64,000 nucleotides of DNA from positions 1 to 64,000 of the forward strand of contig NW_026865372.1 of NCBI RefSeq assembly GCF_026571515.1, read 5' to 3'. Of this stretch, positions 13,852 to 28,379 are shown one piece after another (position 1 is the stretch's first letter; the number at the start of each line of letters is the position of its first letter). The stretch is from Ruditapes philippinarum (taxonomy: Eukaryota). The notes beneath the pieces are model-generated. The model was not told the origin of the DNA. It ran no database searches and saw nothing but the letters and a program-made list of their open reading frames with translations. A program made the translations under genes and the position numbers.

Positions 13852-14037
13852 GGAGTGATGGCCTGGTGGTTAAGGTGTCTGTCACTCAAACCAGGGGTCG
13901 AACCCTACTTGATACACGACCATGTTTCTTTACATGACACCAGAGCTGAATGGTTCCAGGAAGTGGACTCGAAAGTGATTAATATAAGTCGAAAGAACTT
14001 TTTCGCAAACGAATTTAAATAGATATGCTTAAACTAA
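13852..14037 (+). mobile_element. tRNA-derived SINE (copy 1), with candidate 8-bp TSD aacataga
   Basis: A box tggcctggtggtt and a partly deleted B-box region; body ggttccaggaagtggactcga; tail tatgcttaaactaa. aacataga occurs at 13842-13849 and 14036-14043. Confidence 0.75.
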
Positions 14038-14876
14038 CATAGATTCTCAATACTTGATTATCAATAATGTTTAAATTATATGAAATACATAATTATGTAT
14101 TTTAAAACCCTTTGTGAAACGCCAAACATGTTGTATGACTAACAGCGAGGGTGAATGAAGTCCTAATCTATACATGCACTGTAACCACTATCTGAATCAT
14201 CTATCCCCCTCATGCGGTGTATATCAGTCTTAATGATATAAAATTGAGATAAATTTAATGAAACTATCATTAAAGAAGAACATGATATGTTTCATATATG
14301 CACTTTTAAAGTCATTTTTAGTGTCTTTTAGTGTCTAAAGGCTTTAGATGACGATGAACATGAAAATATTAGTAATGTTCATTAAATATATTGACCATAT
14401 CATGTCAAGCGTTTACTGATACTTTATTAATGAAAAAGGTTATTATATAATTATTATAAAATACTGAATGGTATTTTACGAGTACACCGACATAAAACTT
14501 ATATAACCGCGTCCAACACAGTTTTTTCAGCTGTGTTAGAGTTCAAATGAATCAGTATTGTACTCAAAAACGTATAATGAACTCTTTAATTCACACTACC
14601 GATGGAAAACAAATTAAAACATAAAGGGTTAAAAGGAACAGTGGTTTTTTTTTTTGTATTTTATTAAAAAAATTACTTTGAGTCCAATATGGATTACATA
14701 TGGTCGTTTTTGGATCATGTATAGATCTGTTGGTCATGTGTGGATCTATGTGAATCTGTTTAAAAGAATGTTCGCAAAGTTTTCATAGTATTTACTTGCA
14801 TGGAAAACATTAACATTCGTTTGATTGTATAGGCGTATACTAACACAGTGTTACTGCTATGTAAAAAACAGAGAGT

Positions 14877-15070
14877 GGAGTGGTGGCCTGGTGGTTAAGG
14901 TGTCTGTCTCTCAAACCAGGGGTCATAGGTTCGAGCCCTACTTCAGTTACGACCATTTTTCTTTACATGACACCAGAGTTGAATGGTTCCAGGAAGTGGA
15001 CTTGAAAGTGATTAATATAAGTCGAAAGAACTTTTTCGCAAACGAATTTAAATAGATATGCTTAAACTAA
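14877..15070 (+). mobile_element. tRNA-derived SINE (copy 2, duplicated with its flanks)
   Basis: A box tggcctggtggtt, B box ggttcgagccc, and the same body and tail as 13852-14037. Confidence 0.8.
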
Positions 15071-18000
15071 CAATGATTCTCAATACTTGATTATCAAAAA
15101 TGTTTAAATTATATGAAATACATAATTATGTATTTTAAAACCCTTTGTGAAACGCCAAACATGTTGTATGACTAACAGCCCGGATGAAATAAGTCCTAAT
15201 CTATACATGCACTGTTACCACTATCTGAATCATTTATCCCCCTCATGCGGTGCTGATACTTTATTAATGAAAAAGGTTATTATATAATTATCATAAAATA
15301 CTGAATTGTATTTTCCGAGTACACCGACATAAAACCTATATTACAACACAGTTTTTTTCCAGCTGTGTTAGAGTTCAAATGAATAAGTATTGTACTCAAA
15401 AACGTATAATGAACTCTTTAATTCACACTACCAAGGGAAAACAAATTAAAACATAAAGGGTTAAAAGAAACGGTGTTTTTTGTATTTTTTAAAAAAGTTA
15501 CTTTGAGTCCAATATGGATTAGATATGGTCGTTTTTGGACTCAGAAAGTGAAACGAGGCTAAATTGATAACATTGAATCCAATAATGATTTAACGCTGAC
15601 AGATCAAATAAACAATTGCTAACGATTCATCTGTGTCATTTTATAAGATGTGAAATAGACTTATATAATTTCTGCTTCTTTAACCAACTTTTCAAATGCT
15701 GAAAATATTACTGTCTAAGTCATTTTTTCCACACAAAGTTCCAATTATCAAGACCGGTAATGTAATAGTTAATTGAGGGTTGAAATACTTTTGGCTTTGA
15801 ACTCGCATTGTTGATTAACTACAGCAGTAGATAAGAAAACAAAATATTTTAAAATGCCAAAATAAGCATACCTCGAATTTTTATCTTTGAAAATAGTCGT
15901 TCGATACTTCGGCAGACATGATAAGAGTTAACTTGGAACGTAAAATTGACACCCCGTTAATCATTTTTAAGACATATCTTCTATAGCGTTAATGAAACTT
16001 AAAAAAAGAATTAGAGTTTAAGCAAGTTGTAAAACATAAATAATAATAAATATCACCTGATTCCAATAAACAATTAATTGAAAATTCCGTGAATGATCAT
16101 CGAATTTGATATATAAGTGGCATTACCTATTTTTTGCATAACCTGTAAGAAAACTTTTACCATTTTCTTGATTTAAGTACTTAAAACGTCATTTTTTGAT
16201 GCTTTTTAAAGCACATTAACACTCAGAAATGAATAATTTTGTTCATTCTATGGAAAGGAGTAACATTTGATTTATAATGTTGCAATAATTGATTGAAAAA
16301 GATGTGAGAAGCTTCTCACCTGATGAAAACAAAGGTGAAAATAAAATAAATTCAGATAAAGATTGCCATGAAATTTTGACTTCGATACACTATTCTAAAT
16401 CGCTATAATTATAATAAATGCAAAAACACAAATAAAGCAATATATGGCTTTTTGACAACTGTAAAAGGTCTTCAAAAATAAAAATAACAAGTTTTGAGAA
16501 ATGAAGATAATAGCTGCGAAAAAATGGACGTATAAGACAGTTGAAAATTTTGTTCCAATACATTTTGTATCATTTTAAGTTGTATGACAAAATGGAAATG
16601 GTATTTCGATATTTATTATCGCCTTACATAAAATGATAAAACTAAAAGCTCTTTTAATAATCATTTGTTGAAAATATTATCAGAGTTTATGTATTTATTC
16701 CTTTGTAATTCTTGTAAAAATATAGTAGTCTATAATATATAAACTTTGATTAATTATTCATTTATAACATAAAATAAAAATGAAAAAATATATATACGAG
16801 TAGATTTTTTGTGATTTCTGAGAATTTTCCAATTTTCTCAATGAAACTCTTACATGCACCATTTCACCGCAAACAACGTTTGATGCATGCTTTTCATTTT
16901 CAGGAAGATCAAGTCTTTAATCAAGTAATTATCAACATCGTTACAATTCGTGAAATTGTACGAGAAACATCTTTAGAATTTTCGCTTTTTTACCATGGTA
17001 AAAGGTTTTTCTTTTACCTTATCTGGCTGAACATCTTAGTCGTATTAAATTATATCTATTTCCAATTATTCAGTTTCTATATTCATACATGATTTGATAA
17101 TCAAACTACCAAATTCATTTTTTAAACATTTGGCAACAGTATTTGAAAAGTTATCCGTCTTTGTTGTATTTCTCACTTTAAAGCCAATGTATTGCTTTTT
17201 GTTAGACACACAATCACTTTATTTAATTAAAACAAATTCAAATATTGGCAAATAACGCATGATTCATTTTATAAATATATATAATAGAAGACAGGGTTAT
17301 TTCAATTAACTTTGGAAAGTGTTTTCAATTTCAGAAGGAAGCAGGTTCAGGAAATCTATCAAATTTTCAAACCTTGATGCTGTTTTATAAATATTTGCAA
17401 CGGTTCTTCATCTAAAACGATGTGTTTTATAACATCATTTTATTCTGTCTTATGCATCAAATTTGAAAACGGTTTGAATTACTTTTACTTTTCAAGAATA
17501 TTATAGAAACGCTTTAATCCAAAACAAACAACACTTGTGTACAGAAGTTTCTCACATCATTAGTTAAGATTTCGGTATGTTATTGTTTAAAAATAGCATG
17601 AAACCGGGCATATCAATTGTTGTAAAAATGAATTATACCTATAGTTATTTTTGATGCTCAACTGTTACAAGAATAGAGTAGTTCAAGAGTTTTCACAACA
17701 AATTGATATTGTCCCTCTAATGCATGAAATGTTTAACTGACATAATAGGAAATGTAATATGAACAAATATAAATCGCGTGAAAGATAAAAAAAATCCTTA
17801 CTCTTAGGAGCACACGCCGAGCAAGTAAATATTTTTGTCATCACATAAGTGTGTCAAACTGATATCTTTACATGTAGTCACTAGGGAAATAAACTGTGCA
17901 TCTGAATGAATTGAAATGTCATATTTCCGATGTAATATCAATTGATCAAATTAGTGTTAATACAAACCATCGTAACATATTTCCTATTTTCCAATTCACC

Positions 18001-20188
18001 ACTATTTTGCTGAATACGTACGTACAAGTCTGGTTATAGTTTTGAAAACATTGTTTCGTTCATTCCGCGTTTATTTAAAGCGGCCTTCAGCTTGAAGAAC
18101 AATTCTGAATTGTTTCAAACAATGTATTTCAGTAACATTATCTTGGAAAAGTGCATCTTATTTCTGTTAAGCCTTTTTCAACACAGCGTCCTGAGAGCTA
18201 TTTATAACGCGGCAGTGACGTTCGTTTCTAAAAATAGAAGATCTGTAAACGAATCATCCGCTTTACTTATTTACATTAAGAGAGCGGACCGGTAGATTTG
18301 AGGTATTGAGGGGTTTCCTTATTGTATATGTATTTCAACGACGGCAAATTTCATTTTTCACCTTAATTCTTTTGATTGGACAATTATATGATACGATTTA
18401 TCTAAACATAACATATCAAACCTTTAGAAAAGTTGGAGGTCGCTTTAAACATTTAAATGAAAGCACATATTGTTGTTTAAAAGAAGTTTTATGCTTGTCA
18501 ATATGAACTAACCGTTCTGTATTTTCGACTTTTTAAGCATAACATATTTCACATTTCCAAATACTGTTACAGGCTATTTATGCATTGCAAACTGGTGATA
18601 TACATGTACATAATTTCCTTATATTTCTGTAAGGCTATAATGAACTTTACCCGGCAATTGAATCAGTGCAAACCACTGTTCGCCATTAAAATATTCTTCA
18701 GTAGGTTTAAAGCAGCATGCTTCCAAATTTATGCTAATTTTCATGAACTTTTTGTGTATTTTTAAATACATTTAAGTAAATACTGCCAAGAAAGCAAAGG
18801 AAGTGATTTATACATTGCAAACATCACTCAAAGTATACGAAGATTATCCAAAATAGGTCAGAATATGTAGAAACAATCCTAAATGCGTTAGTAACACTGT
18901 GCAAATATGGTAATAAAACCGCATAATAAGTACACATATACAAAAGCAACACGTAATTTTTACTAAAGTCTTGAATCGTTTTTACTTTTCTTAAAATCTC
19001 AAGTTAGATTTTCTTTCATTATTTTGCCTCATCTAGAGGCATGTAACTTTAAGTTTTCAACAACATTTTTAAAGATAATACAGATAGGATAGTGTTATCA
19101 GTTAAATTATACAACTCTTTAACGTTTTATCATCCAATAATGATAACGTGTAAATTTTCTTCTATTTTGATATGTATATTACTTTATAATTGCTTTATCA
19201 CAATTTTAGCAAGATGTAAAATTAGTTTTATACTACAGAATTACAATTAAGTAAATTTGATCAATTATTCATAGCAAAATAAGTATTTTCACAATTTTAA
19301 GGCACTTAAATAGTTCCTTATTTAAAACTATGAACATAAATTTGTAACATTAAATTAACTTTCTTTATATCTATTCATTTATATCTATATAATAAATTAG
19401 CTTATTAAACAAACGCTACAGAAACCATCAAATGTAAAGTTGTATCTAAGTAAAATCACATTCTAAGTCAGAATAAACCTGCCTCCAGATGAGCCAAACT
19501 ATTTTAAAAAAATCAAACTTGAGAAAAATGTGCAATGTTTAAAGAAAAGTAAAAATATCCAAGATTCAAGTAATAATGTACATGTTATGTGCTATTAGTA
19601 ACTGATTTTGCAGTATTTAACCACCATATTTATACTGCGTGACTAACGCAATTAGGACTATTTTGTGCATATTTGACCTCATTTTGGTCATTAATATGGA
19701 TAAGAAGTGACATGAAGAATTTGTAAATTATTTTCCTTTGCTTACTTCACCATATTTTACTTTGAAATAAATTTTTAAAATTTTCATGAAAATTAGCATG
19801 GACCTGGGGGCATGCTGCTTTATCTGTTGTGGTATAAGTGAGAAAATGATTTTCCCTTTCTCCCTTATCACGGTATTGTATTCTTTATACAATATAATAA
19901 ATAAAGTGACATCTAGTGTGAAAGTTTCATCAGCCCCTGATCTCTGTTACAAACTCGCTCGATAATCTTCTTTTCTGGCAAAAATATATCATCATATTAT
20001 AATTATACATTTAGATCTTGCTATCAGGTGTTTAGATATCATATAGATATAATGAGCCCAGGATAATTTCTTTCCTTGTCTCATACACAAATTATCAAAC
20101 GCTACGCAAAGAAGATGTGGAACACTAATGTAAATGACAAAACAATTCTTTGATGATGTAACGGGTGGTTGACCTCACATAATACCTT

Positions 20189-23100
20189 TTTATACAAAAT
20201 CAGGTAGTTTTAACAGTATGCACACTTATTTTTATCTTAGTTTATGATTTCAGTGCTCCTTTTGGTCCTTTTATATTGTTTATTGATCTTTAAATTGTCA
20301 CTTTTACATCATGTTTTCTTTAGTTTTTGTCTTCCTCAAACACATTTTCTCCCTTTATATTCACTCTTCTTTTTCCCCAAGGACATCTATTCGGAATATT
20401 GTAAATGGAATGCTACGGATGCTAATAATTGATATACTTCAAGGCATGATAGTAACGGTGCGCTTTTTGCTGTTTCTAACATCAATTACATAGTGAATAA
20501 ATTGTCATGCACCACTATCATGCACTCTTACTCTTGTACATGGAAATTTTCCCTCTTACTAAATATGCTTGTTCTATTTCACATTGCTCCAAACATGATT
20601 CTTACATACTCGCTGTCTCTTAACATCAGGAATCAAGTTACAGACAACATTAGATACCCATACAGACAAGTCCTTCCATGCTATGAGTGCTACATTCAAA
20701 ATGTATCATTTACCCATCAACTCATCGCTATTCTCGCTAAAATGGTATGTATTCAATGGCTGCATATTGTTCTTATTTTATCTGGAGATATTCATCCGAA
20801 TCCTGGTCCATCATCAACAAATTCCTCAACTGAATCATTGTCCACTACGTCATCTATGTCCCTGGACCTTGCAAGTCTAATGTCGTCAGGTTCCTGTTTA
20901 TCTGTTCTACAATATAATGTTCAAAGTCTGCTAAGCAAAATAGAAATTCTTACCACTGAATTTAGTATGTTCGATGTTCTTGCCTTTTCAGAAACTTGGC
21001 TTAATCCCAGTGTCTCCAATTCGGACATATTTATACCATGTTTCCATGCTCCAGAAAGAAATGACAGGGTTGATGACAGTCATGGCGGAGTTTCTTTATA
21101 CATTAAGAATTCACTATTTTACAAACGGCGAATGGATCTCGAACCTAGAAATGTAGAATGTGTATGGGTAGAGATTATTCTATCTCAATCCAAACGTATC
21201 TTGGTAGGTATTTTTTATCGGCCACCAAGCGCAGATTCACATTACACGACTCTTATTGAACACTCTCTAAACTTGGCAGAAGAAACAAATATACCAGATA
21301 TCATTGTAACTGGAGATTTTAACTTTAATCCATCTAGTCCTTCATTATCACGCAAACTTCTTTCAATTTGTCAACAATTTCACCTTGAGCAACTAATTAA
21401 CGAACCTACACATTTTACCGAGACTTCAGCCTCTGTTTTAGATCTTTTTCTTGTTTCTTGTAGTGATCGAGTAATAACTTCCGGTGTTGGGGAACCAGTT
21501 CTAGACCAAAATCATCGCTACCACTGCCCTAGTTTTGCTCTGTTTTCCTTTTCTAAACTTAAATCAGGATCTTTCAAACGTTTTGTTTGGTTATATGATC
21601 GGGGCAACTACCACTCTCTTAAACAAAGCATCATGCAAACTGACTGGGAACAATATTTAAACTACGACATAAATGAACATGCAACTTTATTAAGCAACAA
21701 AATCCTCGATCTTTCAAAGCAGCATATACCTACAAAATCAATAATAGTAAAACCGACTGATGCAGTATGGATAACGACACAAATCAAAAAGCTCATTCGA
21801 AAACGAAAAAGACTTTATCATAGAGCCAAAAAAACACTCAAAATCCTATGCACTGGCACTTATTCAAACAATTACGTAATAAAATCGTCTCACTCATTCA
21901 TACGGCCAAAAGCAACCACATTCAGAAACTTGCAGACTCACTTACATCAAACAACACATCGCAGAGAGACTGATGGAGACTCATTAAATCATTCATTTCA
22001 CCTACTGAAACACAAACAATTCCGGCACTCTCTCACCCAGTTACTCAGAGACTTACATATGACAACAAATCAAAATCTGACTTATTAAACAACTATTTTT
22101 GCAATCAGTCCTCTCTTGAAAGCTCTGATAAAGAAGTTCCGGACGATTTCTATGAGCAACCTGGGAACACCCTCACTTCAATATATATTACAACTCAAGA
22201 TGTTGAAGATGCCATCAAATCTCTTAATACCAATAAAGCTTCTGGGCCTGATGAAATAAGCAATAGGATCTTATATGAAACGTCGTCCGTAATCAAATCC
22301 CCACTCGGTTCACTTTTTAATCATTCACTCCGCTCTTGTAAGATTCCTCAAACTTGGAAAGATGCCAATATTTGCCCAATTTTTAAGAAAGGCGATCCAT
22401 CTTTACCCAATAACTATCGTCCTATATCTCTTTTATGCTGCATGGAATAAATCTTTGAACGAATTATTTTCAAGTATATATATAATTTTCTTCATGATAA
22501 TGACTTTATATCTCTCCTTCAATCTGGTTTCAAACCTGGCGACTCAACTGTGAATCAATTAACCTTTCTTTACAACTCCTTCTGTAAAGCCCTTGATGAA
22601 GGTCTTGAGATACGGATTGTCTTTTTCGACATCAGCAAGGCCTTCGATAAAGTGTGGCACAAGGGTCTCCTGGTGAAATTAAAAAGAGCCGGTATTCAAG
22701 GACCCCTTCTCGACTGGTTTTCGGACTATCTGTCAAATAGACGCCAATCTGTTGTCCTTCCTGGCGCCAAATCTGATTGGTCAGTAATCAACGCAGGAGT
22801 ACCTCAAGGCTCGATTCTGGGTCCGCTTCTTTTCTTAGTCTATATAAATGACATTGTTGTTGACTTAAGGTCCTTTGTAAATCTTTTTGCCGACGATACC
22901 AGTCTGTATTTGATCGTTGACCATCCTGTTACTGCGGCTGATATTCTTCAATCTGACATTAACAAGATTTCCTCATGGGCTGACAAATGGCTAGTAAAGT
23001 TTAATCCTTCCAAATCTGAAACCATGCTTATCACACGTAAAACATCTAAACTATTCCATCCACCTCTGTCAATGCAAAACCAGACAATATCTTCAATGAC

Positions 23101-24448
23101 ATCTCACAAACACCTAGGCTTACACTTTTCAGACGATGGTTCATGGCATATTCATATTAATCATGTAAAAGAGAGGGCTTGGAAACGTATACATATCATG
23201 CGCAAATTTAAATTCCAACTTGACCGTAAATCTTTAGAAATAATCTACTTGTCTTATATCAGGCCAATTCTAGAATACGCCGATGTTGTTTACACCAATT
23301 GTACTCAATATGAAAAAGATGAACTCGATAAAATCCAGCATGAAGCTTCAAGAATTGTCTCTGGTCTTACCAAACTTGTGTCCATTCATCCGCTCCATCG
23401 AGAGGTCTCTTGGGAATCTTTAGACAGTAGAAGAAAGAAACATAAACTAATTCTTGTTTATAAAATGAAAAATGGACTATCTCCTGACTACCTATCAAGT
23501 CTTGTCCCTCCCTCTGTAGGTGACACGTCGCGTTATAATTTACGAAATTCGAACGATATACAAGGGATACATACGTCAAGAACTTCTCTATACTATAATG
23601 CTTTTCTTCCCTCAGCTCTCAGAGAATGGAATGAACTTCCAGATGATATACAAAATGCCCCTTCGTTATCTTCTTTCAAGTGTCTATTGAATTGAAACAG
23701 TAAAAAGTGTCCAAAATATTTCTATACAGGTATCAGAAAATGGCAAATATACCATGCACGTCTACGAACAGAGTGTAGTTCTCTTAACCACCATCTTTTC
23801 AGAAAAAATATTGTAAACACACCTTTATGCCAATGTGGACTTCCAGAAACTAATCATCATTTTTTCTTTGAATGCAAACAATACACTTCTATCAGAGACA
23901 GACTTTTTCAAACACTTTTAGATTACTGTAATGTAACTCTCCACACACTACTTAACGGCGACACAAACTTAAGTGACAACATCAACATCAATATATTTCA
24001 GGCAGTTCAAATATATATCCGAGATAGCAAACGATTTCCATAGTCTATGCTACATCTACTGCTCCTACACTTACCGAATAGATTTTCCTCTTTATCTTTT
24101 CCACTTTTTATTACGTTATGCTTCTTTTCTATCTCAAGTCCCTGTTTCTACTCCTTTTAGGTATAAACACATATATATGTTTTTGTTTCGAAGGTCGTTA
24201 TCTTATCTGTTTTACTTCTTCACGTTTCTTTAATCTACTAGTATTAATAATTATTTTCTCTTCTTATTCAATATTTCAAACATTTTCAAACCCGTCTTAT
24301 TTATAGTAATTAATTTTATGTTAGGAAAAGGCCTATATAAGCATTTATGCTTTCGGATCTGATCCTTTTTCAGCATTGTATTTTGTTATTCAATATTGTA
24401 TGATAAATTTGTTTGTACAAAATGTTCGAAATAAAATATGTTTAAACC
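20189..24448 (+). mobile_element. CR1-group (CR1-Zenon-like) LINE retrotransposon, near full length
   Basis: Single long APE-RT frame, ~400-bp AT-rich 3' UTR ending gaaataaaatatgtttaaacc, and a candidate TSD aatacctt at 20181-20188 and 24449-24456. Clade assignment is from recalled features only. Confidence 0.9.
20244..24043 (+). pseudogene. Disrupted LINE ORF2-type polyprotein: hydrophobic leader, 2A-like motif, AP endonuclease, reverse transcriptase, C-terminal Cys/His finger
   Basis: APE motifs YNVQSL, FSETWL, YRPP, GDFN, LDLF. RT motifs KASGPD, NYRPISLL, DISKAFD, GVPQGSILGP, FADD, KHLG. C-terminal CQCGLPETNHHFFFEC ... KRFP* (TAG 24041-24043). Lesions: in-frame stops at 20430, 21971, 22448 and 23693, and a 1-nt frameshift in the A7 run 21828-21834. 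Confidence 0.92.
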
Positions 24449-27400
24449 AATACCTTGTATCGAATAATTAATTATACAAGGTAAAAGAAATTAGGAGCTC
24501 AAACACTATCGCTTATTATATCATACACATAATAAAACTTCATCTTTATTTAAGATAAAATTCTGCTATCAAATATTTAGGCAGGCAAAGTATTAGCTTA
24601 TTATTGGAAGAAATATTTTTGGCAATTAAATCAGAAAAAATCTATAAATCTAGAGCAGGCGGTAGAAAAGTAACACATAAAAACTGAAATGCCAAAATAA
24701 ACAAGCGTGGAATGTTTATCCTTGAAAATGTTTGCACAGCAAGTTTGATACTTTGATAGAAACTTGATGTTGACATGTGTCAATGAATGTCAATCAATCA
24801 AATATTTCCGTTTGACCAGAATAATTATTCGAATTGTGAAAAAACACCCAAAATTGAAAAGCGTTGCAGTGGTTTTCACTCGAATCGAAAAAGGGCATAA
24901 AATACGATTTTTATTTATTTTTGAATGTATTTCTATTCTACCTTTTGCAAATATTCATGCTTTAAGTGCCCCAGCTGATCTATGTAAGAAATTTAAATTT
25001 TATATTTTAGGTTTGAGTATTAAGTATTATAAGTTATTTTAGAGTAGAGTTCCTTCAATAAAGGGATGTTAATCACCACACGTAATTATAAAGGCAATTG
25101 ACGTTAAGTATGTAGAAAAGTGGAATGTAAATATGACAATTACACCACATTAACACTAGATTTACCCATTTACCCGGAAGCTTAGTTTTAACTTCTGAAA
25201 AAAATATATCATGTTTCATCTTTGTCTTAAAAAAAATACAAAAGCCATGTGTATATTCTTTTAAACATGCTGTTATTTAACTGTTATTGCGGAATGAAAA
25301 CTCATTTGCTTTTGGTTACTTAATACAATAAATATCGTTTATTTTAAAATCCTGTATTGGAAAATGATATATCCTTAGTGAAAATTGTGTTTAATACTGT
25401 CCTTGCGTCATTAAAACATATATGGATTCCCATCACAAAGAATTATTATATATTATACAAAGACTATAACTTTGTTTGAATAACACAGCGTTAGCGTTAG
25501 TATCGTTTCCAAGTTGTTATGAAGTTTATAACGAATATTATCAATGAATAGTTTACTAGCTTTTGAGAAAATATAACTGCAAAATGACCAAGCGATCTTT
25601 TGAAACATTTTTCTTTCATTACCATGCTACGTTTGCATTAATGTTATCAATATATTTTTTATTTCAAAACAATTTAAATTCAGCATTTTCACGAACATTT
25701 CTTCCAGTGATGAAACAGGCTGAAAATAAAACACACATTTATACTGATTACGTCTGGTGTTACCAATTTGCATACTTCCGCTGAGTATTTCAAAATTGAA
25801 TAGTACATGATTTTTATTTTGCAAATGAGAGTCCTGTTTTTCTCATGGCATTTATTTCAATTTTTTATTTTCCGGTTTTGTTTCGAAATATTTGAAATAT
25901 CTTAGTTTAAGTCGATAGTCATTATAATCTCGCTTTTCTCCAAACATGTATTATATTATAATACTTAATTTTGCATTATACGAGAATGTGATAAAAACAA
26001 AAGGAACATTATTATAGGGTACAGGTTTCAGAAAAACAAGCCCAAGTTTCCTATAAAATATTCAGATTCCTTTGAAACTTTGCCTAGTAAATCTTCACTT
26101 CTAACGACATACATTCAAGTTAATGTAAAGTTCCTATGATCTTTAATCAATGTATTATAAACAAATTTAAATTTCAAGAGAGCAAATGTAACACAAATAT
26201 CTTTGGAATGTTTTAAGCAATACTTAAGAGTGTATATAATTGCTTCACTGTTTTCTTTCAATTCCATTGTAACACAGTTATCAACCCTTTACTTTAAGAC
26301 ACTTGTGTCTTAAAATGTTTCGTGTTAAGCAAAGTCTTTTCGTTCATGCATGTAAGTCTGTTGTCTTAGTTTTCCTTCCAATTTTCATTTTTTTAATGTT
26401 TAGTAAAACTCATATGATTTTTACAATAAAATAAAACAGGTCATTTCTTTCCATGAATTTATCACATTTATTTCAATATAATTTTCACATAACATTTTTG
26501 CCAGAATTATTGTAATAGTTCACATATCATAAAAATAAAAGTAAACACAATTATTTACTTAAACAGTGTAATGGAACAATGACAACGGACGCACGATAAA
26601 AACTTCTATTGCACAAATGGGAAACCCTTCACTAATAAAATGTCAGTCACTACAAATAAATGACAAAACTGTTTTCTTTAAATGTGGTCACATGGGGAAT
26701 GAAGTTGCATTTCAATATATACTAACACGAAAAAGAAAATCTGCAGAGAAAATAAAAAAAATCTAAGAAGAGCAGAATATAAAACGTGAAGTTCTGCTCA
26801 ATATTTCGCTGTCAAGCTGAGCTTAAATTATCTTTATATTTTAAAAGATTGCCTATTATAATGTTAATTAGTCAAAAATTGACAATGACAACGTCTTGGA
26901 AAAAGCAAATAACACTTTCTCAAATATAAGAATATAAAAAGACCACCCAACTCTTTTAATTCTTTGGACGTTACCAACTTATTTTGAAGGCTTTTTATAG
27001 AAATGCCGTATAGTTATGTAAGCTGTTTCTCAAATATAAAATTGAAACCAATTATGGCAAAATGTAAAGTTATTATGACTTTTACCTTTACACTCGCAAC
27101 ACTTTGGTGGGCAAAATATCATTGAAACTTAGATGAGTAAAATTTCCTGAAGGCGAAAGTAGGTCGTCGTTAAACTTTGATATTATATGCGTTAACATTG
27201 ATTTAATTTCATTTTGGATACTGTTCCGAATTATAAATGTTATCATTTTAAGGGTTTAAATAATTAAATGCCTTTACTTTATCTGCAAAACATTCATTAT
27301 GCTCATCAATGCTTTCATTTTTATTTCTCAAAAGCTTTTTAATTTTGGTGGAAAATTTATTGTATCCAAAAAGTAACTCATAGGCCAATTACCAGAACCA

Positions 27401-28379
27401 TCTTTTTCATCTGTTGCTGTTTGGCAATCAGCACAGTGATAGTGAATAAGTATTTTGTATGGTTTACAATTTGCTATTTTTATGACAAACTACGTCACTT
27501 TTTTACGCTATTTTTTCAAGTAACAAGCCTCTTACATTTCTCTTAAACCACCATTTGAACATTATAAAATTCATGTTTGCCCTTTCTAAAAAAGTAATGT
27601 TCCTTAAAATCACATCAGGTCTTTAATCAATTAATTGTTAACATATCTTGAATTAACAGAAATGCTATACATATTCTTTGTGAATAAACTATAATAGAAT
27701 AATATAAGATGTAAACTTTTCCATTGTACTTAGAAAAGATTAACACAAATATGATATACGATATATAGGTAAATTGCAATATGAGAAATAATTACCTACA
27801 AATGCAAAGAATTTGGACATTTCATTACAGATAATTAAATCAATTACACAATATGTTATTATTTCCAACCACCTATTAAAACATATTAATCTTTGTCACA
27901 TTCTCAAAATTTTAGTATTTCATTTAAATCAAACCCGGATAATATGAAATCACTTAATTCAATTTACGCAAACTCATATAATTGTAAAACTCATTTTCTG
28001 ATTGATAAATGGATACGAACTTATAACAGAATGCAGTGCTATTTCAATTAAATCAGGAAAGTAGTTTTAATTTCAAGAAGAAGAAAAAAAATCAGGAAAA
28101 AGCAATATAATTCTCTAAATTTGATGATGATACATGAATATTTTCAAAATAACAATTCTTCCTCCTGATACAGTTTTGTTACACGCGTCAGATTTTTAAT
28201 AAAAAATTCCCAAAAGTATTCAGATAAAAAATGATATGAGTTACACGTCTATAATGATGAAAATTTATCTTCCGTCCCATATTAAACGCAATGATTTGTG
28301 TATCCAATCGTCGGAAAGAATTGGTTTAAGTTCCGAAAGTTAAGTTGTTAAATATAGCTAGAAAACGGGCAAAATAATT

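Larger units (their letters stand above)
13687..15538 (+). repeat. Recent tandem duplication (units ~13687-14712 and ~14713-15538)
   Basis: Both units begin gatcatgtatagatctgttggtcatgtgtggatc and end atatggtcgtttttgg. Unit 2 lacks the ~200-bp segment ~14219-14415 of unit 1. Confidence 0.9.

Noticed and set aside
14877-14945. Functional tRNA genes (also ~2655-2724 and ~44990-45055)
   Set aside because: tRNA-like heads continue into SINE bodies and tails and lack a complete cloverleaf.
16300-16345. Hammerhead ribozyme at CTGATGA next to a 16-bp palindrome (gtgagaagcttctcac)
   Set aside because: I could not build stems I-III with a correctly placed GAAA and cleavage triplet. The same holds for CTGA(T/C)GA at ~28593, ~32292, ~36128 and ~58538.
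21828-21835. Programmed -1 frameshift in the LINE at the A7C run
   Set aside because: The run is not phased as a canonical X XXY YYZ heptamer and the ORF also has several nonsense codons; a mutation or sequencing indel is simpler.
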